Part shown: positions 9,660 through 19,443 of the stretch, one piece after another | How the letters are laid out: each line of letters begins with the position of its first letter | Numbering within the stretch: position 1 is the first letter of the stretch | Source of the DNA: Gemmatimonas sp. | Lineage (GTDB): Bacteria; Gemmatimonadota; Gemmatimonadetes; Gemmatimonadales; Gemmatimonadaceae | Assembly (NCBI GenBank): GCA_965279375.1 | Contig: OZ257156.1 | Location: 3,072,001-3,136,000 of the forward strand | Reading direction: 5' to 3' | Length of the DNA stretch: 64,000 nt | Program-made: the position numbers and the translations under genes | The notes under the pieces: generated by a model | Told to the model about the DNA's origin: nothing | The model's input: only the letters and a program-made list of their open reading frames with translations | The model's database searches: none

Positions 9660-10349
9660 CGAGCGTAGCATCGCGCGAACCGGTGCCGCGTCGGCACCGA
9701 CAAGCGCCAGCGGTTGCGCAAGCAACTCGTAGTGGCCCGCTGCGACCGCATCGAGCGCGAGATTCTCCAGCACGTACGCGCCACCACCAAACAGTGCGTG
9801 ATGCACCGGCAGGTCTTTGCTCTCGCGTGCATCCACACTCGGCGCATCCGTTCCCCACAGCCTGAGCCCCGAGGAGACGAGCCATGCCGCAGCCGCCGCG
9901 TCGAGCGCCGGCCATGCGTCGGGAAAGGATCCACGCGACACGGAGTATCCCGTGCGACAGAGCAGTCGCGACGGCACCACGCTCGCAGGATAGGCGTCGA
10001 TCAACGGCGCATCTGGCGTCGGCAGACGCGGGGCCGGTGCGAGCAACGCCTCGAGTAGCCCGCGTGTGATCGGTTGCTGCGGGTCGAAGTCGGGCGCCAA
10101 CGTGATCACGCGCGCAGGGCCAACGAATGCGCGCACCGCCAACGTTTCGCTTGCGCCCCAACTCGACTCCACATGCAGCGGGGCATCGGCATGCGTGCCC
10201 GCGTGCGCGCTCATATGCATCGCACCCAGGTTCACACTCGAGCCGTCCTCGCGCCGCGCGGTCCATCCACACGAAAACGGCACGTCGCCCGGCCAGACGG
10301 GAACGCTGGCCGAGTAGGGTACCGAGATGTCGATCAGTGCGCGGGTCAG
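9651..10349 (-). CDS. kynB: Kynurenine formamidase KynB (cyclase family); probable CTG start
   Basis: HAGTHADAP metal motif, GTDAPSVD, LENL, GADAAPVRA; typical N-terminus LIDISVP...VWPGD lies upstream of the first GTG; adjacent to kynA. Confidence 0.85.
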   Translation of the reverse strand: MTRALIDISVPYSASVPVWPGDVPFSCGWTARREDGSSVNLGAMHMSAHAGTHADAPLHVESSWGASETLAVRAFVGPARVITLAPDFDPQQPITRGLLEALLAPAPRLPTPDAPLIDAYPASVVPSRLLCRTGYSVSRGSFPDAWPALDAAAAAWLVSSGLRLWGTDAPSVDARESKDLPVHHALFGGGAYVLENLALDAVAAGHYELLAQPLALVGADAAPVRAMLRSLG

Positions 10350-11098
10350 CTGCCCCGCCCGTAGAACTCACTTCGGACAGCCCACAGCGCGGGGAAGAAC
10401 TTGTTGGCCACCGTACGCGAGAGATACTTCGCGCCGAGTGTCCCACCGGTGCCGCCCGTACCCGGACCGATGATGCGCTCCACCAACTGCACATGCAGAA
10501 AGCGCCACCGTGCAAAGCGCTGCTCGAACTCGAGCAGTCCTTCCACCAAGAGAAAGAGCGGCGTAGGGCCCGGTCCCATGTACAACGACGCCAATGCAAC
10601 GCCTTCGTGATCGAGCAACGCCAGCACCAGCGACTGCAAGGTCGGGCGCTCCAGTGCCGCCTTCACCACGGCGGGCGGTTCGCCGTGCTCGGCGATAGCG
10701 GTGAGAAAATGCGCGTCGCGCAAACCCGCCGTGGCCTCGATCGCGCGGAACTGCGCGCTCTGCGATCCACTCGACTGGCCGAGGTAGGCGCGGAATTGCG
10801 CAAAGCGCTGCGGTGGCAGAGTGTCGAGCGCCGAGAGCTGCTGGGCGACGATTTCGGTCAGGACGTTCACGCGCTGCACCGAGAGCAGCGAACGCATCGT
10901 GTCGAACGACGACAACGCGGCAATCAGCACGTCCATCTCGTGCAGCAGCACCTTGAACCACAGCTCGCTCGCCTGGTGCACCACGATGAACAGCAACTCG
11001 TCCGGGTGTTCCGGCTTGGATTGGAGCGTCTGCAACGCGAGGAGTTCATCGACGCGCAGGTAACTGCCGTAATCGATCGTGCTCGAAGAGTCGGACAT
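10346..11098 (-). CDS. kynA: Tryptophan 2,3-dioxygenase
   Basis: YGSYL, HPDELLFIVVHQASELWFK, SGSQSAQFR, VERIIG..GTGGT.G..YL. Confidence 0.93.
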   Translation of the reverse strand: MSDSSSTIDYGSYLRVDELLALQTLQSKPEHPDELLFIVVHQASELWFKVLLHEMDVLIAALSSFDTMRSLLSVQRVNVLTEIVAQQLSALDTLPPQRFAQFRAYLGQSSGSQSAQFRAIEATAGLRDAHFLTAIAEHGEPPAVVKAALERPTLQSLVLALLDHEGVALASLYMGPGPTPLFLLVEGLLEFEQRFARWRFLHVQLVERIIGPGTGGTGGTLGAKYLSRTVANKFFPALWAVRSEFYGRGS

Positions 11099-11130
11099 GG
11101 GCGGCCTGACGAAAGGAGTCCGAGTCCGAC

Positions 11131-11853
11131 CTAGAAGGTCGAGACGCCAAGACTCGTGACGTCGTCCACCTGCATGGTCTCCTCGGTGAAGAACGGCTCG
11201 CCGTATCGTGCGCGAATGAGCGAGCCGTAATGTGCCGCCTGATGCATAACCATGTCGTACAGCGGTTCGCCATTCGGGAAAACTTCGCCCGCCTGCGTCG
11301 CACCATCGAATTGCGAGCTGTAGCAGCGAATCGCCGTCATCTTCCGTTCGAATTGCTCCGTCACATCCACCACGAACGTCGGCTTGCCTGCGTCTTCGCG
11401 GTACGTGACCACGTGCAGCAGCTTGAACGGCCGAAAGACCGGCGCGTCGCCCGGCGCATACTTCGCGAGCCCCGAGAGAAAACAGGCGTCGCGAATGAGC
11501 TCGGTCGCGAGACGATGATCGGGGTGACGACCGCGAGGCGCCGGCGCGATCACGACGCGGGGGCGCAGTCGGCGCAGCATCTGCACCAGTCGCGCGCGCG
11601 TTTCGTCGGTGTTGCTGATCCCTGCATCGGGCAACGCGAGATTCTCTCGCACCGAGAGCCCCATCACGCGCGCCGCCGCTTCCGCTTCGGCCGCTCGGAG
11701 CTCCGCAGATCCGCGCGTCCCCATTTCGCCTTGCGTCAGATCGAGAACGCCCACGCGCTTGCCCAGATCCACCGCGCGAATGAGCGTACCGCCACAGGTG
11801 AGTTCCGCATCGTCGCGATGCGCCGCAATTGCCAGCAGGTCGAGATCAGCCAT
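11131..11853 (-). CDS. bshB1: PIG-L family deacetylase, BshB1-like
   Basis: AHRDDAELTCGGT, DLTQGEMGTRG, RHPDH, YSSQF. Confidence 0.8.
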   Translation of the reverse strand: MADLDLLAIAAHRDDAELTCGGTLIRAVDLGKRVGVLDLTQGEMGTRGSAELRAAEAEAAARVMGLSVRENLALPDAGISNTDETRARLVQMLRRLRPRVVIAPAPRGRHPDHRLATELIRDACFLSGLAKYAPGDAPVFRPFKLLHVVTYREDAGKPTFVVDVTEQFERKMTAIRCYSSQFDGATQAGEVFPNGEPLYDMVMHQAAHYGSLIRARYGEPFFTEETMQVDDVTSLGVSTF

Positions 11854-11886
11854 GCAGGAAGCTAGTGGAGCTTCCGATCGACCGCG

Positions 11887-13359
11887 TCAGCCTGCGCGCG
11901 TGAGGTACGCGGCGACGCGCTCGGCCAGCTGCTGCCCGCTCGCTACGCAATCGCCCACCGAAACGCCGTTGCGATAGTTGCCGGCGAGATAGAGCCCAGG
12001 GTTGGCGAGCTCGGTGGCATCGGCTGCGTCCTTCACGCTCTGGTAGCCCAGCGTGTACTGCGGGATCGCACGCGGCCAGAAGACGTGCTTCACGTAGACG
12101 GGGTCGGCACGCACACCCAGCAGACTTCGCAGGTCGTGCATCACGCGTCCCATCAAGACGTCGGTGCTTTCACGCGCCACTTTCGGGTTGCGCGCGCCGC
12201 CCACGAAGCAGGTGATCGTGACGTGCTCCTCGGGCGCGCGCGCCGGAAACAGCGACGAGCTGAAGAGCGCGCCGAGCACCGTGCGCCCTTCGGCGGCGGG
12301 AATGAGCATCCCGAATCCGTCCAGCGGGTGTGCCACGTCGGCGCGGCGGAAGCCCAGGGTGAACGTGCTCACCGGCGGATACTCCACCTGCTCGACGGGC
12401 GCGGAGTCGCGACGGAGCGAGGCGGGCAATTCCATCGCAGCCAGCACGTGGGCCGGCGTGGCCATCACGACGGCATCGACGCGGTGCATGCGCGTGGCTC
12501 CTTCCGCGCCCGCTTCGAGCTCCCAGCGCGCCTCGGCGCGATGCAGCAGCCGCACGGGGCAGCCAAGGCGCACAATGCCCGTCAGCGAGGCCTCGAGCGC
12601 GTCGGTGAGGGTTTGCATGCCATCGACGAACGAAATCAGCCTGGCGGGCCCCACCGGCGTCTGGGCGACGACGTTGGTCGCCGTTGCCGCCTGCGCGCGT
12701 GCCTGCTTGGCGGCGCGACGCTGCGCCATCAGCCCCTTGGAGATCGAGCCATGCGTGCGTTCGAGCTCGTAGACGCGCGGGAATGCGTGCGCCATCGACA
12801 GCTGCTCAGGGTCGCCAGCGAAGATCCCCGAGATGAATGGGTCCACCGCATAGTCCAGCACCTCACGCCCCAGCCGCCGACGCACGAACGACGCGATCGA
12901 CTCATCGCCTGTGGCCGCGCCACGTGAGACAAGCGGCTCGGCCAGTACACGCAGCTTGGCCCGGAGTGAGAACAGCCGGGTGCCGAGCATCGCCGGCGGT
13001 GTGAGCGGGAAGGGAATCAGTCGACCGCCACGCACGATGAACCGGCGGTTTGCGTCGGGGTCGGCTTCCACCACATCGCCCTGCAGGTCGAGCTTGCCAA
13101 GCAGCTCTTCGACCGGCGCAGAACTCACGAACGAGTTGGGGCCGTGTTCGGCGAGAAACCCATCGTCGTGCGTGGTGCGGATCGCACCGCCCGTCTGGTT
13201 GGACGCTTCGTACAGGGTGACGTTCACGCCCTTGCGTCGCAGCTCATACGCCGCGACCAGGCCGGTGATGCCTGCGCCGACCACAGCCACTGACCGATGA
13301 TCGCCGGGGTCCGGCTCTGTCGGAATCACGTTGCTGGACCTGTCAGCCAGCGCCCGCAT
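11887..13359 (-). CDS. hemG: Protoporphyrinogen oxidase (HemY-type FAD enzyme)
   Basis: GAGITGL FAD motif, EHGPNSF, GIFAGDP..LS, GFGML, AIPQY, GVSVGDC. Confidence 0.92.
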   Translation of the reverse strand: MRALADRSSNVIPTEPDPGDHRSVAVVGAGITGLVAAYELRRKGVNVTLYEASNQTGGAIRTTHDDGFLAEHGPNSFVSSAPVEELLGKLDLQGDVVEADPDANRRFIVRGGRLIPFPLTPPAMLGTRLFSLRAKLRVLAEPLVSRGAATGDESIASFVRRRLGREVLDYAVDPFISGIFAGDPEQLSMAHAFPRVYELERTHGSISKGLMAQRRAAKQARAQAATATNVVAQTPVGPARLISFVDGMQTLTDALEASLTGIVRLGCPVRLLHRAEARWELEAGAEGATRMHRVDAVVMATPAHVLAAMELPASLRRDSAPVEQVEYPPVSTFTLGFRRADVAHPLDGFGMLIPAAEGRTVLGALFSSSLFPARAPEEHVTITCFVGGARNPKVARESTDVLMGRVMHDLRSLLGVRADPVYVKHVFWPRAIPQYTLGYQSVKDAADATELANPGLYLAGNYRNGVSVGDCVASGQQLAERVAAYLTRAG

Positions 13360-13362
13360 GAC

Positions 13363-14364
13363 TCACTCTCCGGTGGCGTCCGCCGCCCAGTCCCGCGGTT
13401 CGAGCATCTGCACGAGTTGCGCTTCAAACGAATCGGGGGCGTACCGCGGCGCATACTGCCACATCGCCAGCGGCGGAAGGCTCATCAGCACGCTCTCGAT
13501 GCGCGCCTGCGTCTGCAGTCCGAAAATCGTGCCACGGTCGTGCACGAGATTGAACTCCACGTAGCGCCCCCGACGAACGAGCTGAAAATCGCGGTGCGCC
13601 TGCGTGAACGCCAAGTCGCGACGGCGCTCGACGATCGGCTCGTACGTGTGGCGCAATACGCGCGCGACATCGCTGACGAACGCGGTCACCGCCTCCAACG
13701 ACATCCCGTGGGACGGATCGTCCGCGCGCAGATGATCGAAGAATATGCCGCCAACGCCGCGCGCTTCGTTGTTGCGATGCACGTTCACGAAGTATTCGTC
13801 GCAGCGCTGCTTGAACTCGGGGTAGAAGCTCGCGTGATGCCGATCGCACATGGTGCGCAGTCCCTGATGGAACAGTGCGGCGTCTTCATGATGCGGATAG
13901 AACGGCGTCAGGTCAGTGCCACCGCCAAACCAGCTGTCGGTGATCTGTCCCTGTTCATCGGTGAGCTCGAAGTAGCGCACGTTGAGATGGACCGTGGGCA
14001 CCATCGGGCTGCGCGGGTGCACCACCAGGCTCACGCCCGTGGCGAAGAAATGCGTGGCACCGGCTGCGGCCCCGTGGCCACCCAAGCGACGCGCTGCCAA
14101 TTCCGGCAGCTCGCCCATCACCGCGGAGCGGTTGATGCCCGCCTTTTCGAACGTGATGCCATCGGTCATGACACGGGCCACGCCACCGCCACCGCCGGGT
14201 CGCTCCCAACGGTCTTCCGTGAAGGTGCCGCCCTTGTCGAGCCGGCCGAAGAACGACGTCAGCTCGTCGTGCAGACCGGCGATCCAGCGCTTCGCTTCCG
14301 CGCGCTGTGAGGCCGACGTGTGTTTGTTCAGAATTCGCTCGGTCGGAAAGACGGCAGCGCTCAT
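13363..14364 (-). CDS. hemF: Oxygen-dependent coproporphyrinogen III oxidase
   Basis: FEKAGIN, HPRSPMVPTVHLNVRYF, WFGGGTDLTP, RGVGGIFFD, RRGRYVEFNL..DRGT.FGL. Confidence 0.96.
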   Translation of the reverse strand: MSAAVFPTERILNKHTSASQRAEAKRWIAGLHDELTSFFGRLDKGGTFTEDRWERPGGGGGVARVMTDGITFEKAGINRSAVMGELPELAARRLGGHGAAAGATHFFATGVSLVVHPRSPMVPTVHLNVRYFELTDEQGQITDSWFGGGTDLTPFYPHHEDAALFHQGLRTMCDRHHASFYPEFKQRCDEYFVNVHRNNEARGVGGIFFDHLRADDPSHGMSLEAVTAFVSDVARVLRHTYEPIVERRRDLAFTQAHRDFQLVRRGRYVEFNLVHDRGTIFGLQTQARIESVLMSLPPLAMWQYAPRYAPDSFEAQLVQMLEPRDWAADATGE

Positions 14365-15470
14365 GGCACACCTGCGAGTTGCGCGTGACTGCCAGCTCGC
14401 GCGATTGCCTCATCGGTCCAGCGCCATTCCTTGACGGCGTCGATGAAGGCGCGCGCGTGCGCCGGCGGAACATCGGGAAGAATTCCGTGGCCCAGGTTGG
14501 CCACATGACCAACAGGCCCGAACGCGGCGATCATCTCGTGGGTGCGACGGCGAATCTCGGCGGGCGAGCCATACAGCGCGCACGGATCGAGGTTGCCCTG
14601 CAGCGCGACACCGTATGGCGCGCACTGCTGCCGCGCATGCTGCGGTGTCGTGTGCCAGTCCACACCGATCGCTTCCGCGCCGGTGGCCTCCGCGATCTCG
14701 CCCAGCGCCCAACCTGCACCCGGCGCGAAGACGATCAGCGGCACACCGGTGGACTTCACCTGCTTGGCGATGCGCGCGAGGTACGGGATGCAGAACTCGC
14801 GGAATTCCGCGGGTCCGAGTGCACCGGCCCACGATTCGAAGAGCTGCAGCGCCTGCGCGCCCGCTTCGACCTGGGCGACCATGTAATCGCCCACCGCGGT
14901 CGCCAACCGATCGAGCAGCGTGTGCGCCAACGTGGGCTGTTCGAACAGCATGCGCTTGGCAACGGCGAACTGCTTGGTGCCTTTGCCTTCGACCATGTAG
15001 GCCGCGAGCGTCCACGGCGCGCCCGCGAATCCGATCAGGGGGACCTTGTTGTCGATTTCACGCCGCGCGAGGCGGAGGGCGCCGAGCACGTATCCCAATC
15101 CATCGCGCGGATCGACTGCATGCAGGCGTGACAGATCGGCGGCGCTGCGAATCGGGGACGGGAACTGCGGGCCGACACCTTCGTCGAGCGTCAGGTGCAT
15201 GCCCATCGCTTCCGGGATCACCAGGATGTCGCTGAAGATGATCGCGGCATCGACGCCGACGAGATCGAGCGGCTGCAACGTGACTTCCACGGCGAGTTCC
15301 GGCGTGCGGCACATCGTCAGGAAGTCGGACTTCGCGCGCACGGCGCGGTACTCCGGGAGATAGCGGCCAGCCTGACGCATCATCCAAACCGGCGGACGCT
15401 CGACAGGCGCGGACGCCAGTGCGCGAAGCAGGAGATCGTTAACAGGGCGCACTGACGGATCGAACGACAT
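14361..15470 (-). CDS. hemE: Uroporphyrinogen decarboxylase
   Basis: PVWMMRQAGRYLPEY, DAAIIFSDIL, LIGFAGAPWTL, QGNLDP, NLGHGI. Confidence 0.97.
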   Translation of the reverse strand: MSFDPSVRPVNDLLLRALASAPVERPPVWMMRQAGRYLPEYRAVRAKSDFLTMCRTPELAVEVTLQPLDLVGVDAAIIFSDILVIPEAMGMHLTLDEGVGPQFPSPIRSAADLSRLHAVDPRDGLGYVLGALRLARREIDNKVPLIGFAGAPWTLAAYMVEGKGTKQFAVAKRMLFEQPTLAHTLLDRLATAVGDYMVAQVEAGAQALQLFESWAGALGPAEFREFCIPYLARIAKQVKSTGVPLIVFAPGAGWALGEIAEATGAEAIGVDWHTTPQHARQQCAPYGVALQGNLDPCALYGSPAEIRRRTHEMIAAFGPVGHVANLGHGILPDVPPAHARAFIDAVKEWRWTDEAIARAGSHAQLAGVP

Positions 15471-16855
15471 TACGTGAACTGCTCCGGAGAGAGGGCCATG
15501 CGGGACGACGCCGAACGGGGCTCAGCGCGCAACTCGCGTGACGCATCCGGCGTCACGTCTCGGCGCGAGCGACCAGTCCGCGGACCGCGCGCCATCGGCG
15601 TCGCGTTCGGCGAAAACATTTCGAGCAGCATCATCGCCTGTGCGTCGAGCGGCTCGCCACGCTGTACGGCACGTCGCAGTGCCGCCATCGGGCCGGCGAG
15701 CAGCTTGGCGACGATGCGCGCCGCCGTCCGATCGGCGACTTCCGGATCGCCAGCGGCGAACGCCACTTCACGCCGTGCGACGCCCTCGAGCGCTTCGCGC
15801 AACGGCTTGATCGCATCGCGCGCCGGCATCGTGGCCAGCCAGTCGGCGAACTGCGCGATTTCATCTTCGCAAATGCGCGACGCCACCGGCACCGCATCGC
15901 GGCGCATCTCTTCGGCGTCGAGAATCGGCTGGTGCAACGTGTCGAGATCGACGAGCGTGACGCCCAACTGCTCGGTCACGCGCGGGTCGATGTTGCGCGG
16001 CACGCTCAGGTCCATCAGCAACAGCGCATAACCCGACGCCGCACACGCCTCACGTGCATGGCGCAACGCGTCGTGCGTGAGCACCGGTACTTCACTGCCC
16101 GTCGCGATGATGACCACGTCGGCCATTGCCGCCTCGATGTGCAACGCTTCCATCGGCGCCGCGCGACCGCCCACGTACTTGGCCAACTCGTGCGCCTTCT
16201 CGAACGTGCGATTGATCAGCACGATGTCGCGCGCCCCGAGCTTGTGGAGCTGCTTCGCCGCGCGCGTGCCCGTCTTGCCCGAGCCCACCACCACGCACCG
16301 CGCGTTCTGCAAGTTGCCGAAACGCTGCGAGGCCGTCACCGCCGCTTCCGCACCCACTGAATTGCGACCTGCCGACAGCGACGTCTCCGTTTGCACGCGC
16401 TTGCCCGCACGCAGCGCCGTCTCGAAGAGGCGATGCAGCACCGGTCCTGCCGCATGTCCATGCGAGGCGCGCTTGTAGGCCGTGCGCAGCTGTCCGAGAA
16501 TCTGTCCATCGCCCAGCACCTGCGACTCGAGCCCCGACGCGATGCGTACAACATGACGTGCGGCCTGCTCTCCGTAGCGACGCGTCGCCGTCTGCAGCAG
16601 CTGGTCACCTTCCGCCCGTGTGCGCATCCAGCGGCGCGCGAGCGTCTGCACCGCTCGCTCAACCACCTTCATGTCTTCACTGTCCACCCACGCATACAGC
16701 TCGGTGCGATTGCAGGTGGCAATGAGTGCAGCTTCGGTGACGATTTCACTTCGCGCGGTGCGATAGAGTTGCGTCAAGCGCTCTTCCGACAAATGGAAGC
16801 GCTCACGCGTCGCTACGTCTGCGAGACGGAAATCGATCGCGATCGAAATCAGCAT
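15470..16855 (-). CDS. hemA: Glutamyl-tRNA reductase
   Basis: Catalytic ATCNRTE, SGLESQVLGDGQILGQ, VGSGKTG, INRTFEKA, DLSVPRNID. Confidence 0.93.
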   Translation of the reverse strand: MLISIAIDFRLADVATRERFHLSEERLTQLYRTARSEIVTEAALIATCNRTELYAWVDSEDMKVVERAVQTLARRWMRTRAEGDQLLQTATRRYGEQAARHVVRIASGLESQVLGDGQILGQLRTAYKRASHGHAAGPVLHRLFETALRAGKRVQTETSLSAGRNSVGAEAAVTASQRFGNLQNARCVVVGSGKTGTRAAKQLHKLGARDIVLINRTFEKAHELAKYVGGRAAPMEALHIEAAMADVVIIATGSEVPVLTHDALRHAREACAASGYALLLMDLSVPRNIDPRVTEQLGVTLVDLDTLHQPILDAEEMRRDAVPVASRICEDEIAQFADWLATMPARDAIKPLREALEGVARREVAFAAGDPEVADRTAARIVAKLLAGPMAALRRAVQRGEPLDAQAMMLLEMFSPNATPMARGPRTGRSRRDVTPDASRELRAEPRSASSRMALSPEQFT

Positions 16856-16880
16856 TGGTGGGCGGGCAGTGGCCGGGGGC

Positions 16881-18092
16881 TCACGCGGTCGCGAGACCGG
16901 TGAGATGCGCGAGATTCTTGAAGAAGATCCGCACGTGAGCGAGCGGTTTGGCCTTCACCAGCTGCTTGTTCATGTAGCCATCGAACGTCAGCTGTTGCAC
17001 ATCACGATCTCGGCAGATCGCCACGAAGCGCTCGCGACGATTGTCGTTGCTGTACCAGAAGTTCTGCATGATGTCGAGCACCGCGAACACTGGTCCATGC
17101 ATGCGCATGAACTTGCGACGGGCCATCCGCAACGCTTTCGCGTTACCGGTCTTCAACGCTTCCTCGACCGCCTGTGCGGCAAACCGTCCACCCGTCATAG
17201 CATAGAAGATGCCTTCTCCGCTGGCGGGCGCAACCACACCAGCCGCATCTCCTGCCAATACGACGTCTCGACCGTTGTCCCACTTGGGGAGTGGCTTAAT
17301 CGGGATTGGCGCACCTTCCTTGCGAATCGTCTCCACCTGATCGAGTCCGGTGTCGTGCCGAAGCTTCGCCACGGCCTCCTTGAGACCGAAACCCTTCTGC
17401 AACGTACCGGTGCCGATGCTCGTCGTCGCGCCGTGCGGAAACACCCACGCGTAAAAGTCGGGCGAGAGCGGCGCCTGGTAGTACACGTCACAGCGGGCCG
17501 CGCCGAAGTCCGCCTTGTCATCCACTGGCGACTTCACGATCTCGTGGTAGGCGAACACGTGTCGTGCCTTGTGCGCACCCGGCACGCACTGACGTGCGAC
17601 CGGCGACAGCGCGCCGTCCGCGCCCACGACCATGCGGGCCCGCACCTGACGCGTCTCACCCGAGCGCGACTTGCCATCGGTGTAGCTGAGCACGGCCACA
17701 CCGTCGTCGCCACGCGAGAACTGCGTGAACGTTCCGGTCCGACGCTCCGCGCCCGCCGACACGGCGCGCTGGCGCAGCCACTCGTCGAACACGTCACGGT
17801 CCACCATGCCCACAAAGCCATCGCCCACCGGGATGTCGACTTTTCGGAACTTGGGCGAGATGATGCGCGCCGTATCGATGTGCGCGACCAGCATCGACTC
17901 GGGGACGTCGAAGTCCTTGAGCAGCTGCGGCGGTACCGCGCCACCGCACGGCTTCGTGCGCCCGGCGCGATCGAGGAGCAGCACCTTGCGTCCCGCGCGC
18001 GCCAGTTCGTGCGCAGCGGTTGCTCCAGCCGGCCCACCACCCACTACAACGACGTCGTACAGCGACTGCTCCGAAGCCATTTGCTCGCTCAT
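16881..18092 (-). CDS. bchP: Geranylgeranyl reductase
   Basis: GGGPAG, KPCGGA, DFYAWVFPH, GDAAG...SGEGIFYAM; GAGGGG RBS upstream of ATG 18092. Confidence 0.95.
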   Translation of the reverse strand: MSEQMASEQSLYDVVVVGGGPAGATAAHELARAGRKVLLLDRAGRTKPCGGAVPPQLLKDFDVPESMLVAHIDTARIISPKFRKVDIPVGDGFVGMVDRDVFDEWLRQRAVSAGAERRTGTFTQFSRGDDGVAVLSYTDGKSRSGETRQVRARMVVGADGALSPVARQCVPGAHKARHVFAYHEIVKSPVDDKADFGAARCDVYYQAPLSPDFYAWVFPHGATTSIGTGTLQKGFGLKEAVAKLRHDTGLDQVETIRKEGAPIPIKPLPKWDNGRDVVLAGDAAGVVAPASGEGIFYAMTGGRFAAQAVEEALKTGNAKALRMARRKFMRMHGPVFAVLDIMQNFWYSNDNRRERFVAICRDRDVQQLTFDGYMNKQLVKAKPLAHVRIFFKNLAHLTGLATA

Positions 18093-18114
18093 AGCACACC
18101 CCTCGTCACGCTGA

Positions 18115-19443
18115 TCATGATTGCAGGACCGCCGGCAACATCTCGCCACGCTTGCGGAATACATCGTTGGCGCGCTCGCTCGATGCGCTCCGCAACGCCA
18201 GCAACGCTGACGCCCCGAACAACACCGCCTGCACGCTGAACACCACCAGATAGCCACGCACCGGCGACGACATGACCGAGCGCGCGAGGTCCACACCCGC
18301 CGCGCCCGTCATTGTCCCTGCCGCGTACGCGATCGCCTGCGCCGCACCGAACACGCCAAGCCGAAGTCCCGCGCGACCGTCAGTGCGATCACCCGTCAGC
18401 GACATCATCGAACCGATCGCGCCGATGGCAAACACACCGTTGGCGAGCCCCAACAGTCCAACGATCACTCGGAAGTACGCCGGATCACCGATCGCCGGCG
18501 ACGCCGCGAGGGCGACATACGTGATCGCCGAGGCAAGGCATCCCGCCGCTGCCCAGTGCCGCAGCTGACCGGTGCGCGTCGCGATCAGCGCGGTCATGAC
18601 CATGCCCGCCAGCACACCACCGTGATGCATGCCCGAGAGCTTCGTGCTCTCGCCCGGCGTCATACCGAAGGCCAGACCGGCGAACGGCTCGAGGATCAGA
18701 TCCTGCGCGCTGTACGCGAACATCGCGAGGAAGATGAAGCCTGCGAAAATGCGCGCGGCCGGCTCCTGCCACACGGAGGCAAACGACGTGCGGAACGATT
18801 CCTTGGACGCCTTCGTCACCGCCGACTCATTCTCGATGGCCTGCGCGGGGAGAGCACCGCGCTCGATCCCAAGCGTGGCGAAGATGCCGACCACAAGTCC
18901 GACGCCACCGATGCCAGCCGCGATGGTGATGAGCCGCGAGTACGAGAACGGATCGAGCAGCGCGCCCGACGTCGCTGCAGTGATGATGATGCCGACGATC
19001 ATCAGGATCCACGTGATCGCAGCGGCACCAGCACGCTGCTCCGGGCGCGAGCGTTCGCTCATCAGCGCGAGCAGCGGCGTCCCCGCCGCACTCACGCCAG
19101 CACCCAGCACGATGCTCGCGATCGACGCCAACACGATCCCCAACACGGTGCGCTCGGCCATGATCGGAATGCTCGCCGCGACACCGACGCCACCGACGGC
19201 GCAGACGGCCAAGCCACCAAGAATCCACGGCGTCCGACGGCCGCTGCGATCGCTGTCGAAGCCGAGCCGCGGACGCAGTAACAGCTGCACACCGAAGTGC
19301 AGCGCGACCAATATGCCGGGGACGGTCGCCGGGAGTGCCAGCTCCACCACGATGACCCGGTTGATCGTCGTCGTGAGCAGCACCACCACTGCGCCGATCG
19401 CGGCCTGCACCAAGCCCAGTCGCGTCAGCTGCCACCAACTCAT
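18115..19443 (-). CDS. pucC: PucC/BCD-family MFS transporter (bch2)
   Basis: RLGLVQ..IG, NRVIVVEL, GRRTPWI, QDLILEPFAG..FGMT.GE.T.L; located between bchG and bchP. Confidence 0.9.
   Translation of the reverse strand: MSWWQLTRLGLVQAAIGAVVVLLTTTINRVIVVELALPATVPGILVALHFGVQLLLRPRLGFDSDRSGRRTPWILGGLAVCAVGGVGVAASIPIMAERTVLGIVLASIASIVLGAGVSAAGTPLLALMSERSRPEQRAGAAAITWILMIVGIIITAATSGALLDPFSYSRLITIAAGIGGVGLVVGIFATLGIERGALPAQAIENESAVTKASKESFRTSFASVWQEPAARIFAGFIFLAMFAYSAQDLILEPFAGLAFGMTPGESTKLSGMHHGGVLAGMVMTALIATRTGQLRHWAAAGCLASAITYVALAASPAIGDPAYFRVIVGLLGLANGVFAIGAIGSMMSLTGDRTDGRAGLRLGVFGAAQAIAYAAGTMTGAAGVDLARSVMSSPVRGYLVVFSVQAVLFGASALLALRSASSERANDVFRKRGEMLPAVLQS

Noticed and set aside
9651..11853. bshB1-kynA-kynB as part of the photosynthetic hem operon
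   Set aside because: Unrelated functions and a -10-like element directly before bshB1; read-through cannot be excluded
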